40,489 nt of DNA from a virus. Taxonomy: Duplodnaviria; Heunggongvirae; Uroviricota; Caudoviricetes. The position numbers and the translations under genes were made by a program. This document shows positions 1-8,651 of the stretch, in pieces. The stretch is taken from the IMG/VR virus record IMGVR_UViG_2713896773_000021; one strand, written 5' to 3'. Under the pieces are notes generated by a model. The model was not told the origin of the DNA. It saw nothing but the letters and a program-made list of their open reading frames with translations, and searched no databases. Positions within the stretch are counted from its first letter, which is position 1; each line of letters begins with the position of its first letter.

Positions 1-297
1 TTCTCCCAAACCAAGGTTTGTGAGAGCCGTAGAAATCGCCGCTGCACCATCTGATTTGATATCGGCAAATGGGTTTGCACGGCTCAGTGTGAGTTTTTGA
101 ATGGCTTTTAAAACCTGAGTCATATCGTTAATGTCGAGCGCCAATCCTGCTGACTCTACGATATGCGCTAACTCTTCCTGCATGGCATTAAACGCTGCTG
201 CCCGCAGCCTCGTTGCGGCAATACCACCAGCAACACTTCCATCAGTATATTTGCCATCCTGCGTTGCAGTGGCTTCGACTTGCCCGATTCGGAGCAT
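1..297 (-). CDS. Tail fiber protein, N-terminal part (gene continues beyond window start)
   Basis: Minus-strand ATG at 297 preceded by GAGGA; frame open to position 1 (MLRIGQVEATATQDGKYTDGS...); position directly after the gp48-like baseplate gene as in Mu-like tails. Confidence 0.5.
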   Translation of the reverse strand, partial: MLRIGQVEATATQDGKYTDGSVAGGIAATRLRAAAFNAMQEELAHIVESAGLALDINDMTQVLKAIQKLTLSRANPFADIKSDGAAAISTALTNLGLGE

Positions 298-348
298 AGT
301 TAATCCTCACTTAGTGTTAAGCGATAAAATCAGAGGGGGAAATATCAG

Positions 349-942
349 TTATGAATAATTGAAAATGATGTTCAGATGGGATGGGGCAATTTTGTTGATT
401 GAACACTCCAGTTGTTTATTGCCCCACGATGCGAGCGGATCTCCGCAGTAGGACGCGCCAGCAAGCGAATACTTGATCGTTGTTTGTGGCGCATTTATCC
501 GCCAGGTAAATGGCCACTCGTCACCGTTAAGCGCATCACCGCATACTGACATGCCACTCATAGCGGGCCGGAACTGTGTGATAGTGATGGTATAACCAAG
601 AGCTGCAGCCACCCAGATGTAATAATCGCGGTTCAGGCCGCCGGTGCTGATTAACTTTGCCACCACGGCGCGCTGGCGATCGCTGACGCCACCGGATTCA
701 CCAATCGCACAATCATCTGGTAACCCCAGAGAGCTTTCCCATTCTGACAACATTACCGTCGCTGTAGGGGGAAAAGCACCAGTAATCAGGCTTTGCGCAT
801 CGTTGTCAGAACGCTGAAACGCGCTGCCCAGTGCCCGTAATACCGCAGCCTGTACCGTTCTTTGCGACCGGGGCCACGCCCTGCCCGTCGGTAGCAGCGC
901 ACCAAGCGCACCGGCATAATCATTTTTTGAAAAGAGGCTCAT
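349..942 (-). CDS. Baseplate/tail protein, Mu gp48-like (DUF2313, P2 gpI-like)
   Basis: 197-aa ORF; last gene of a translationally coupled baseplate series (ATGA overlap with upstream gene at 939-942). Confidence 0.55.
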   Translation of the reverse strand: MSLFSKNDYAGALGALLPTGRAWPRSQRTVQAAVLRALGSAFQRSDNDAQSLITGAFPPTATVMLSEWESSLGLPDDCAIGESGGVSDRQRAVVAKLISTGGLNRDYYIWVAAALGYTITITQFRPAMSGMSVCGDALNGDEWPFTWRINAPQTTIKYSLAGASYCGDPLASWGNKQLECSINKIAPSHLNIIFNYS

Positions 943-2081
943 ACAAAATTCACCCCGCCAAGCACCGGAATTTCGCCAACAGCAAAGGTGATATTGGCCG
1001 TCGGAGAGTTAAGAATATAGCCCGTCGTGCCGCTAACACCGCCGATACTCCCGTTAATATCAGAGAGGTAAACTTTCCCGGAACCATCAGGGTTAGCTTC
1101 ATCAAAAAACAGCGCCGTCAGCGCGTCTTTTATCCCCTGAACTGTGGTGCTGTCGGCATTTTTGATCCCAGAGATTTCAATATTGATGACTTTCTTGATC
1201 GGGGAACATACGAAAACAATGGCAGTGTCTGTCTGCTGCGGATAGATGTGGTCGGCGACAGCGAGCTGGTCTCCGGTGGCTTTAACAGCCCCCCAGTCCT
1301 CAAGTTGGGATATTCCGTCGGTACCGACCGGAAACCCACCATTGTCATTCCGATCACACATGATATACACGCCAACGGTCCCGGCCCCGTTCAGACGCCG
1401 CTTTACCCACGCGCGGGTGACGCCCGAAACCTCAAGCGCCCATTTTTTATAATCGGCGTCGCTTCCACCATGAGGCGGATTCTGCCATGCCAGCAAGCCA
1501 CGACTGCGAAAATCCTCTTCCGTTTCAATATCGGCTCCGCCGGTCGCAGCGGACAGTAACGTTACCTGTGGATCCACGCCAGCAATATTCGCGTCCAGGG
1601 TCATTATGGTCCCGGCATCAGCGTTACCGCGCGCGCCTCCACCCGTTACATCACTGGTAATATCCGGCAGTATGGCCGTCACCGCGACGATACCAAATCC
1701 ATCTGCCTGAATTTTAAGATCTGCATCCGTCCGGTACTGGTATCCGTCCCCGCGGTTAATGATCGAGCCAACAGGGATAATACAGTCAACACTGCCACTA
1801 GCCTGTACCGCAGGCGACTTCGCCGCTGCAGCTGGTTTTCTGAATACCTGCTTAAGGGCCATCCACCCGGCGAGATACTCATCGGTAGAGGTAAACGGGT
1901 TTGTCTGCAGGGCAATATAGTCAAGGTAGGCGTAATGCAGATGCCCCATCCCCGCATCCATGTCAGCCAGTACCTTCAGGTTCGCGAAGCGCAGGAGCGC
2001 ACCAACATCCTCAAGCTCCGCCTGCATAAATTTCCGGTTTCCGTCGCGGAGTTCGCTCAGCGTCGGTCGTTTAAACGGCAT
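939..2081 (-). CDS. Baseplate J-like protein (Mu gp47-like)
   Basis: Long ORF; start chosen at ATG 2081 (MPFKRPTLSELRDG...) which abuts stop of upstream gene at 2083 instead of the 2219 start that would overlap it by >130 nt. Confidence 0.65.
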   Translation of the reverse strand: MPFKRPTLSELRDGNRKFMQAELEDVGALLRFANLKVLADMDAGMGHLHYAYLDYIALQTNPFTSTDEYLAGWMALKQVFRKPAAAAKSPAVQASGSVDCIIPVGSIINRGDGYQYRTDADLKIQADGFGIVAVTAILPDITSDVTGGGARGNADAGTIMTLDANIAGVDPQVTLLSAATGGADIETEEDFRSRGLLAWQNPPHGGSDADYKKWALEVSGVTRAWVKRRLNGAGTVGVYIMCDRNDNGGFPVGTDGISQLEDWGAVKATGDQLAVADHIYPQQTDTAIVFVCSPIKKVINIEISGIKNADSTTVQGIKDALTALFFDEANPDGSGKVYLSDINGSIGGVSGTTGYILNSPTANITFAVGEIPVLGGVNFV

Positions 2082-2082
2082 A

Positions 2083-2520
2083 TTAACGTTGCTCCCATAT
2101 CCAGTAAAACCTGAATTCCTGCCAGTCCTTCCCCGGTGCCTGATAGCGGATAATGAGATTGAGCCGGTCAGGCAGGACGATCCTTGCAACAGGAATAACC
2201 TCGCTGACAACGCCATCAACCTTTAACCAGTTGAGCGCTTCACTCGAGTATTCCTCCGCTTTTTTTGCTACATCCGGGGTCAGTTTTTTCCGCCGTAGCA
2301 GCCACAGCCGGGATCCCAGTTGGGATTCCTCCCCGGAATCCCCCCACCAGCCGCGGCGATCGCTATCCTCATAATCATCGTCAGCGCGCGCCAGCCTGTC
2401 GGTAAACAGGCTGTCCAGTATTGCAGTCTGTAAATCGTTCCCCGTGGTGAGTTCACCCATCCCTTTCTGCCAGTCAGCAAACATCTCATCCACATTCCAG
2501 AATGAAGCGATGTCACTCAT
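2083..2520 (-). CDS. Baseplate protein, Mu gp46-like
   Basis: 145-aa ORF, ATGA-coupled to the gp45-like gene upstream; conserved position in Mu-type baseplate cluster. Confidence 0.55.
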   Translation of the reverse strand: MSDIASFWNVDEMFADWQKGMGELTTGNDLQTAILDSLFTDRLARADDDYEDSDRRGWWGDSGEESQLGSRLWLLRRKKLTPDVAKKAEEYSSEALNWLKVDGVVSEVIPVARIVLPDRLNLIIRYQAPGKDWQEFRFYWIWEQR

Positions 2521-3101
2521 GTCACCTGATCCTCTGTTTTTTGGCTGCGGATATTGTCATTGCCACTCTGGGCATTTTTAACCACATGATCATGGTCATT
2601 ATGTGCATCCCGCAGCTCTTTCAGTGTTCGGGTATTGGTTTCACAGTTATCAACAATGTCACCCGTGCACCTCAGGATCGGGGTATTTGCAAGAATCCCC
2701 TGGCTGGCATTGATGGTCACGTTAGTGGCGTTATTGACCTCAACATTCTGGCCTTTTGCATCCAGGAAGATCCCCTTCTCCGTCAGGAGAATATTAAGAC
2801 CCCACTGGTTATACATGACCGTTTCGCCCGCTTTCAGGCCTGTATGACGGAACCCCTGATGGTTGGACGCAATTACCACCGCGCTGGAACGATCACCGCC
2901 AATAAAAGCCAGAACCACGTCAGTCCCTGACGGCAGGCCGGATGAAAAACCAAATTCAGCCATCCGCGGTGCGCTGGCCACCTCCAGCGGAGTCTGGTAC
3001 TGGATTGACTGCACCACCCCACCATCTTTCATAGCCGTGATCCGGCCAATCCCCAGCATGCCGGCGATCCTGGTCGCTGCATGTTTAAATAGTTGCTTCA
3101 T
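2517..3101 (-). CDS. Baseplate assembly protein V / spike (Mu gp45-like)
   Basis: 194-aa ORF, ATGA-coupled; position between gpP-like and gp46-like genes. Confidence 0.55.
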   Translation of the reverse strand: MKQLFKHAATRIAGMLGIGRITAMKDGGVVQSIQYQTPLEVASAPRMAEFGFSSGLPSGTDVVLAFIGGDRSSAVVIASNHQGFRHTGLKAGETVMYNQWGLNILLTEKGIFLDAKGQNVEVNNATNVTINASQGILANTPILRCTGDIVDNCETNTRTLKELRDAHNDHDHVVKNAQSGNDNIRSQKTEDQVT

Positions 3102-4183
3102 GTATTGAATCCCGCCAGGTTCTGGTAGAAGGCATATGGCTGAACGGCGAATGCTTCAGGCGGCATCAGCGTCATGCGTGCATGGGTGCCGTAGTCATCG
3201 CGCATATAGGTGACTTCTGCCAGTAGCAATTCAGTCTCCGGCAACCGTAAGGTGGGAAGATCAACGGGGATCAATGTGTTTGGTTCCCACAGTTTCCCGT
3301 CTTTATCCCGCCAGGAATCGATGGTTACCGAGAGCTGTTTTGAACGTCCGTACCGCCGGTTCATTTCCCAGTCGATCGCACTTTGTGCCTGTTGAGTAGC
3401 CATCAGGGTACTTTCCACAATCGATATATGTTTTCGGTACCGCATACGGGCGGCCTCCGGATCTCTCGCCGTTGCCAGAGTCACAGCGTCATAGGCCGTA
3501 TCAGGCGAATACCCTGCAATTGGAGAAATGCTCATTGATACACCGACATAATCTGAAAACCTGTCAGCCATCGATTTGCGGTAGTATGCCTGCTCGACAT
3601 TTACCCCTTCGGCTATCCCACTCGCCGCACGACGTGTTCCCACCCGGGTCAGTAACAGGTTTCCATCGGGCTGATCGTAGTAAAGCAGAGCAGACCATCT
3701 GGCCACCCGATCGATGACTTCTTGCGGAGACTCACCCCAGTTCAGAGTGAACTGGGGTACCTTCACAAGCGCATCAACATCCGTGGTTACGGTGATGCCG
3801 TAGTAGGATGCCAGGCGAGAAGCAATTTCAAGTGCATTACTGGCATTAATGACGTTGTTAGGCCACTCAGCTGAGCAATCCACCAGGTCCTGACATTTGC
3901 TCCTGCCCGTGGCGCGGACCTCATGGCGGGAGCGCGATAGTGCGGGTTCCCAGTCATCAACATATCCCGTCAGTGTCAGATCATCTCCGATACGAACTTC
4001 ACAAGACATTCCCTCTTCAACGAGTTGACGATCTTCGTTGCCAGGGAAGTAATCCATTAGCCCAAGATCGAAATCAGAGGGAAAACGCTCAATACCCCGC
4101 GTTACCCGGACAGAATCCCACCCCTCGATGATTTTGCCGTCGACCGTCAAAGAAACAACATCCAGATCGCTGTCTGCATTCAT
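3098..4183 (-). CDS. Tail protein, Mu gpP-like (baseplate hub, late-control-D type)
   Basis: 361-aa ORF, ATGA-coupled to DNA circulation gene upstream. Confidence 0.6.
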   Translation of the reverse strand: MNADSDLDVVSLTVDGKIIEGWDSVRVTRGIERFPSDFDLGLMDYFPGNEDRQLVEEGMSCEVRIGDDLTLTGYVDDWEPALSRSRHEVRATGRSKCQDLVDCSAEWPNNVINASNALEIASRLASYYGITVTTDVDALVKVPQFTLNWGESPQEVIDRVARWSALLYYDQPDGNLLLTRVGTRRAASGIAEGVNVEQAYYRKSMADRFSDYVGVSMSISPIAGYSPDTAYDAVTLATARDPEAARMRYRKHISIVESTLMATQQAQSAIDWEMNRRYGRSKQLSVTIDSWRDKDGKLWEPNTLIPVDLPTLRLPETELLLAEVTYMRDDYGTHARMTLMPPEAFAVQPYAFYQNLAGFNT

Positions 4184-5586
4184 TGCCTCAGTACCTTCAT
4201 GGTTGTCGGCATAAACGCCGGATGCGGTACGCGCGCTTCCTGTACCAGTTCATCTGCACGGGTGGCATCCTGGTATAATCGGTTTGCCAGCGTCAGCGCC
4301 GGAAGCGGCTGAGCGGTAGTAACCTGCAGAAGCTCGCTCAGACCAGAAGCACGCTCACTCATCGTAGAAAGGAATGCCGATCTGACGGCGAGAAGCGCGT
4401 TATACATATCATCGTCCGCGCGGTCTCCAGCCAGAACCAGCGCCGTATCAAGTTGCACAGACACTCGTTGAGTTAACTCTTCTGCCTCGTCTGTACTGGC
4501 TGGTCTGGAGTCCGCAGCGGCACTGGTCATGGCACCAGTACATAGCACAACAATCAGCGTGTTCATGGTCGCCGAAATCGCTTTGCTGCTGTCGGACTGC
4601 TGGTACTCCGTGCTGATTGAATTAGCCAGTTTTTCCAGCGCTGTGATTCGGTCATTAACGCTGCCGGCGCTGTTAAGAATTGCGTTTACCACGTCGGCGA
4701 CGCCCTGGACAAACTCATCAGGTGTGTTGGAGCTGCTAAGCTGGCTCGACCTGTCGGTAACATTTTTCCGGTCCATTACCGACTGGGCTGTTACCTTGTC
4801 AGCCAGTGCTCTCTCATCATCCACATCAGCAACTGACGATTTGCCAGCAACAGCAGAGGAACTACCGCCCACAGAGCCTTTACTGTAACGTCCGTACCGG
4901 GTATTCCCGAACGTGGAGTTCAGGACATTGCTGAGATTCGTGACCTGACTGATGGTGCTGTCAACCATGTTAGTCCAGAACGTGACCGTGCCTCTGATGG
5001 TGTTTATAGCCTGTGTGACACCGCGGATTTCACTCTTAACCCTGGCAATCGTGCTCAGCACAGCAGTGCTGACCAGTTTCAGATAGTTGGTTTTCACCGT
5101 GGCGCCTGCAACGGTACTGCCCGTGACAGCAAACACTTTAAGCCCTGATTCAATTGCCATCAGGGTAAATTCAAATACTCGCCCGTTCTCCATCGAACCG
5201 GAAATACGCAAACCATTCTCAGGGATGGAAACCGTTAATTCGCCCAGTGTCGGATGGACAAGCGTACCGCTACCTTTTTGTTCACAGGCTTCAATCAGTG
5301 ACTGGCGCTGCGTGATAGCATCGCCGCCGCCGTAAACCTGGCTGTTCTGGATCAAGAAACCGCGAATAACAAATCGCCGTGTTGCCCGCCCGATATCCTC
5401 TATCCAGGCTGTATCACGGTAGGGATATTCATGTACCGCCTGGCGTCGGCCGTGGCTCCCTTCCTCAGCAACAATTGCAAATGGCACACCTCTGAATGAG
5501 CTGGGCCGTAACTGCCCCTGCCAGTCATCGCTGGTATCTCCCCCCAAAAGAGAAGTTATTGCGTCCTGGATAATTGACGGCATCAC
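4180..5586 (-). CDS. DNA circulation protein N-like (Mu gpN family)
   Basis: N-terminus ...WQGQLRPSSFRGVPFAIVAEEGSHGRRQAVHEYPYRDTAWIEDIGR... matches the Mu N 'DNA circulation' N-terminal signature; GGAGG RBS upstream; first ATG probably at 5583. Confidence 0.7.
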   Translation of the reverse strand: MMPSIIQDAITSLLGGDTSDDWQGQLRPSSFRGVPFAIVAEEGSHGRRQAVHEYPYRDTAWIEDIGRATRRFVIRGFLIQNSQVYGGGDAITQRQSLIEACEQKGSGTLVHPTLGELTVSIPENGLRISGSMENGRVFEFTLMAIESGLKVFAVTGSTVAGATVKTNYLKLVSTAVLSTIARVKSEIRGVTQAINTIRGTVTFWTNMVDSTISQVTNLSNVLNSTFGNTRYGRYSKGSVGGSSSAVAGKSSVADVDDERALADKVTAQSVMDRKNVTDRSSQLSSSNTPDEFVQGVADVVNAILNSAGSVNDRITALEKLANSISTEYQQSDSSKAISATMNTLIVVLCTGAMTSAAADSRPASTDEAEELTQRVSVQLDTALVLAGDRADDDMYNALLAVRSAFLSTMSERASGLSELLQVTTAQPLPALTLANRLYQDATRADELVQEARVPHPAFMPTTMKVLRQ

Positions 5587-5596
5587 GCCTCCGGAA

Positions 5597-5623
5597 ATAA
5601 AAAAACCGCCATGTCGGCGGTTT
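5597..5623 (-). terminator. Rho-independent terminator-like hairpin (stem ccgcc/ggcgg, then U7AUUU on minus-strand RNA)
   Basis: Plus strand aaaaaaaccgccatgtcggcggttt; sits in the 340-bp gap between tape measure and gpN-like gene. Confidence 0.45.
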
Positions 5624-5926
5624 ACATATGCACTGAAATGACTTATCTATTTATCGCTGGATCCATTACGGTCAAGAGATTCGGCGATCCTGTAAAGATG
5701 CTCAGTCGCCTTGAATGAGTTCATTAGGAACTCATAAAGCACACGTAAAAGCAATGCACTTACCACCGATATCGTAATCGCCGTGAAATTCATTGAGACA
5801 ACAGAAAAAACGAGGAAAATGCCAATTACCAGGTAAACAAGCGCAAAAACCTTTGGAGTCTAAATGGCTTTTGCTCCAAAAACTTTTTCATTCATAACTT
5901 CTTCCTTAACGAAATGACGACAGTGA

Positions 5927-7855
5927 TCAGTAATTCATGGCCGTTGTTATTCTGCCATTATTTTCCGCATTATAGGTTTTTCGCTCACCCTTATCATTAA
6001 CCATTGTGATTTCGAGCTTAAGTGGTTGTTCTGACATTGCCTCTTTAAGAGACTTAGCCAGATTGTCGCCGAGTACACTTTCATCACTTTTCTTACCCGT
6101 ATCACTCAGAATGATGGATTCCCGATTTCTGTTCTGCGAGCCTGAGAGAATATCAGTTTCATCACTCGGGTTACTAAGAGTGCTGGAGTCACGATTTCCA
6201 GTTTGCGAACCTGAGATAATATCATATCGCTGTTGAGCCAGAACTTCCGGGCTACGTAAACCCTTCCACCGATCGTCAATGATGGCCGTCCGGACAGAAT
6301 CGCTCAGTTCATTTTCGGTATACGGCTGTGCTCCGCTTTCATGTTTAATCATTGCTGCCATCAGTGTTTTTAACACATCAGGATCGTGGAGATTAATACG
6401 CTGCTGCGCTCCAAACCCAGTACTTTTTGATACGGAATCAATATATGCACGAGTATTATTCTCTGATTGCGGAGCATAGGTATGAATAATCCCATCCAGA
6501 GTATTATTCCCCCTGTCACCATACAACATCAGCTGTCTCGCCATTGCAGCTCTTCCGTCGGCATCATTCGCAAAGGTAGAAAATCCGCCATTTTTACCCG
6601 TTGCGTTTGCTGCAGCCCTCAAATTACCGGGATTATTATTTCTGAAGCCAATTGCGTTATTCCTTGTTTCCCCGTAAGGAACATTGCCGCGTGCAACGTT
6701 GGATTGTGGCTGGCTGATAGCGGATAAGTCATTCTGCAATTGAATCGCAGAATCGGTCGCGCGGTAATTCGCATCGTACCGCTTTCTTACAGCATCAGTC
6801 ATGAAACCCGCGTCAACCTGCCCACGTTCACTGCGGGGTAAGCTGTTATAAAGTTCCTTATCGTTCTGAATGCGCCGTAGTTTCTCAGCATCATTGCTGT
6901 TGATAAAACCGAGAGCATGAGACAGCCCAGTAAAATCACCATTAGTGAACAGATCGGTAACACCTTCAAGGCCGTCTTTGACTGAACCATCCGAAAGAAT
7001 GGTCTTAAGTGCCTTGTTTTTTGAACGTTGCCACAGACCATCCCAGGATGCGCTGAGCTCATTCATAGTGCCGTTCACTTCACTCAATTGCTGATTTAGT
7101 GCCGGATCCACAGTCAGACCAAATTCATCCGATTTCGCCAGCAGCTTTTTCATGCGCTCACCGTCACGCATTAGCGCCAGCAATTCGGGCGTCAGCCCAA
7201 GTGCATCAGCGGCGGACTTCTGCTGTTCAGGTCGCAAGGTTGGAAAAATTTTTGCGATAGACTCCAGTGTTTTAAGGGTATTTACTGAACCATCGCTGTT
7301 TTTTTGGATTTGAGCACCAATTTGCGCCATCGCTGCCATAACCCCCTCGTTTTTACCACTGGCAGCCTCATTGAATGCTTTGAAAATACCTTCTATTGAT
7401 GCATTAGCGCTCTCGCTGTCTGCCCCAAGAATACGCATTGCCCCGGAAAGTCGGGTAAAATCGTCAACGCGCATTCCCGCATTTTTTGCCGAGACATCAA
7501 GATTATAGGCCTGACGGGATGCCTCCCGAAATCCATAAGCGACCTGTTTCAGTCCGTAGCCGGCAGCACCGGCTAACCCCAGCGCCCCCATCTTCCCCGT
7601 GAGCTCCCCCACCATTTTCAGTGGGGGAACCATGTCGCCAATAAACTGCACGTTATCCCGCGCGCTCTTCGACATATTCTCGAGGCGAGAAATAAAACCG
7701 CTCAGTCCGTCGGCTGTTTCCTGACCGCCTAACTTGAGCCCTTCTTTAGTTTTATCTAGCTTCGGCTCCAGGTCACGGACAGCCTCATTAATGCGGTCTA
7801 TAGCCTCGCTAACCTGGTCGCTGGCCACCAGCTCAAAATCAAAAGAATTACTCAT
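5927..7855 (-). CDS. Tail length tape measure protein
   Basis: 642-aa ORF immediately downstream of the frameshifted chaperone; helical N-terminal half typical of tape measure proteins. Confidence 0.75.
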   Translation of the reverse strand: MSNSFDFELVASDQVSEAIDRINEAVRDLEPKLDKTKEGLKLGGQETADGLSGFISRLENMSKSARDNVQFIGDMVPPLKMVGELTGKMGALGLAGAAGYGLKQVAYGFREASRQAYNLDVSAKNAGMRVDDFTRLSGAMRILGADSESANASIEGIFKAFNEAASGKNEGVMAAMAQIGAQIQKNSDGSVNTLKTLESIAKIFPTLRPEQQKSAADALGLTPELLALMRDGERMKKLLAKSDEFGLTVDPALNQQLSEVNGTMNELSASWDGLWQRSKNKALKTILSDGSVKDGLEGVTDLFTNGDFTGLSHALGFINSNDAEKLRRIQNDKELYNSLPRSERGQVDAGFMTDAVRKRYDANYRATDSAIQLQNDLSAISQPQSNVARGNVPYGETRNNAIGFRNNNPGNLRAAANATGKNGGFSTFANDADGRAAMARQLMLYGDRGNNTLDGIIHTYAPQSENNTRAYIDSVSKSTGFGAQQRINLHDPDVLKTLMAAMIKHESGAQPYTENELSDSVRTAIIDDRWKGLRSPEVLAQQRYDIISGSQTGNRDSSTLSNPSDETDILSGSQNRNRESIILSDTGKKSDESVLGDNLAKSLKEAMSEQPLKLEITMVNDKGERKTYNAENNGRITTAMNY

Positions 7856-8018
7856 CGTCTTCAGGTTTCCTAAGCTTGTTTATCCGGGATGCCTGCGCCA
7901 CCCACCATTTCAGCCGGGCGCGGGTCATTCCCCACGCCCTGTCCTCAGACCAGCGGAAATAGAAGGTGACGTCAGCGGCCATTTCCTGCCAGGTTGTCAG
8001 GGCTTCCAGGTCAAAAAA
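7848..8018 (-). other. Programmed -1 ribosomal frameshift site (T TTT TTG at 8018..8012) and the ~54-codon -1 frame extension ending at TAA 7850..7848
   Basis: Heptamer agT TTT TTG lies 8 codons after a stop in the -1 frame; my hand translation of the -1 frame runs ...DLEALTTWQEMAADVTFYFRWSEDRAWGMTRARLKWWVAQASRINKLRKPEDDE* and ends overlapping the tape measure ATG. Confidence 0.45.
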
Positions 8019-8275
8019 CTGAGCAGATACTCCTCACACTTACGGAAGTCGAGAAAATCCATCGGCTGCAGTACGCTTTCACGCGTACCGGAAACCAGCG
8101 CAATAAGCAGGCGCATCGCCGCGAGCGACGTTGACGCAGCCTGTTTCTCGTAAAACTGCTCAGCCTGGCTTAGCGTGGGTGCTTTCAGCTCCAGCTGCGT
8201 ATAAGTGGTCTTCTCCGCAGCATCATCCAGCGCTACGGTTAATGGAATGGTTTTAACGCGTTCAATCTCAGCCAT
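7997..8275 (-). CDS. Tail assembly chaperone (short, zero-frame product)
   Basis: 92-aa ORF between tube and tape measure genes; carries the slippery heptamer near its 3' end. Confidence 0.6.
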   Translation of the reverse strand: MAEIERVKTIPLTVALDDAAEKTTYTQLELKAPTLSQAEQFYEKQAASTSLAAMRLLIALVSGTRESVLQPMDFLDFRKCEEYLLSFLTWKP

Positions 8276-8276
8276 C

Positions 8277-8648
8277 TTAGTTCTCCGTTACGTCGCGGCC
8301 TTCCCAGCGAACATCAAATACTGCATCTTCGCTTTCCACTTCCTGGACGTTGACCGTCCAGAGTGAACGGCCAATGATAGTTTTCCCGTTAGCCAGCTCG
8401 GCGATCACGTTGACGTTCGTCTGCTGGTTAAAGCCCTGCACATTCGTTCCGCCACTGTCACGCAGTCGGGCAGAAATGTATGGCGCCACAGGTTTTTCCT
8501 TATATCCGTGCACACCATCCATCCCTGTCAGGGTGGTACGGTTTACGGTGGCAGCCTGGTATTTAAACGAGCCCTCCACCATTACCGTCACACCGTTAAC
8601 AGTGACATAGGCGGTTCCCGCCAGGCGGTTAGTAGTATCACCTGCCAT
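8277..8648 (-). CDS. Tail tube protein (Mu gpM-like)
   Basis: 123-aa ORF immediately downstream of sheath gene. Confidence 0.65.
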   Translation of the reverse strand: MAGDTTNRLAGTAYVTVNGVTVMVEGSFKYQAATVNRTTLTGMDGVHGYKEKPVAPYISARLRDSGGTNVQGFNQQTNVNVIAELANGKTIIGRSLWTVNVQEVESEDAVFDVRWEGRDVTEN

Positions 8649-8651
8649 CGT

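Noticed and set aside
131-358. 75-aa plus-strand ORF
   Set aside because: Antisense to the tail fiber N-terminus and gp48-like gene; no RBS, no recognisable features
831-1559. 242-aa plus-strand ORF (and nested ORFs 1130..1375, 1246..1452, 1679..1957)
   Set aside because: Lie antisense or out of frame inside the baseplate J-like gene, which has coherent operon context; treated as shadow ORFs
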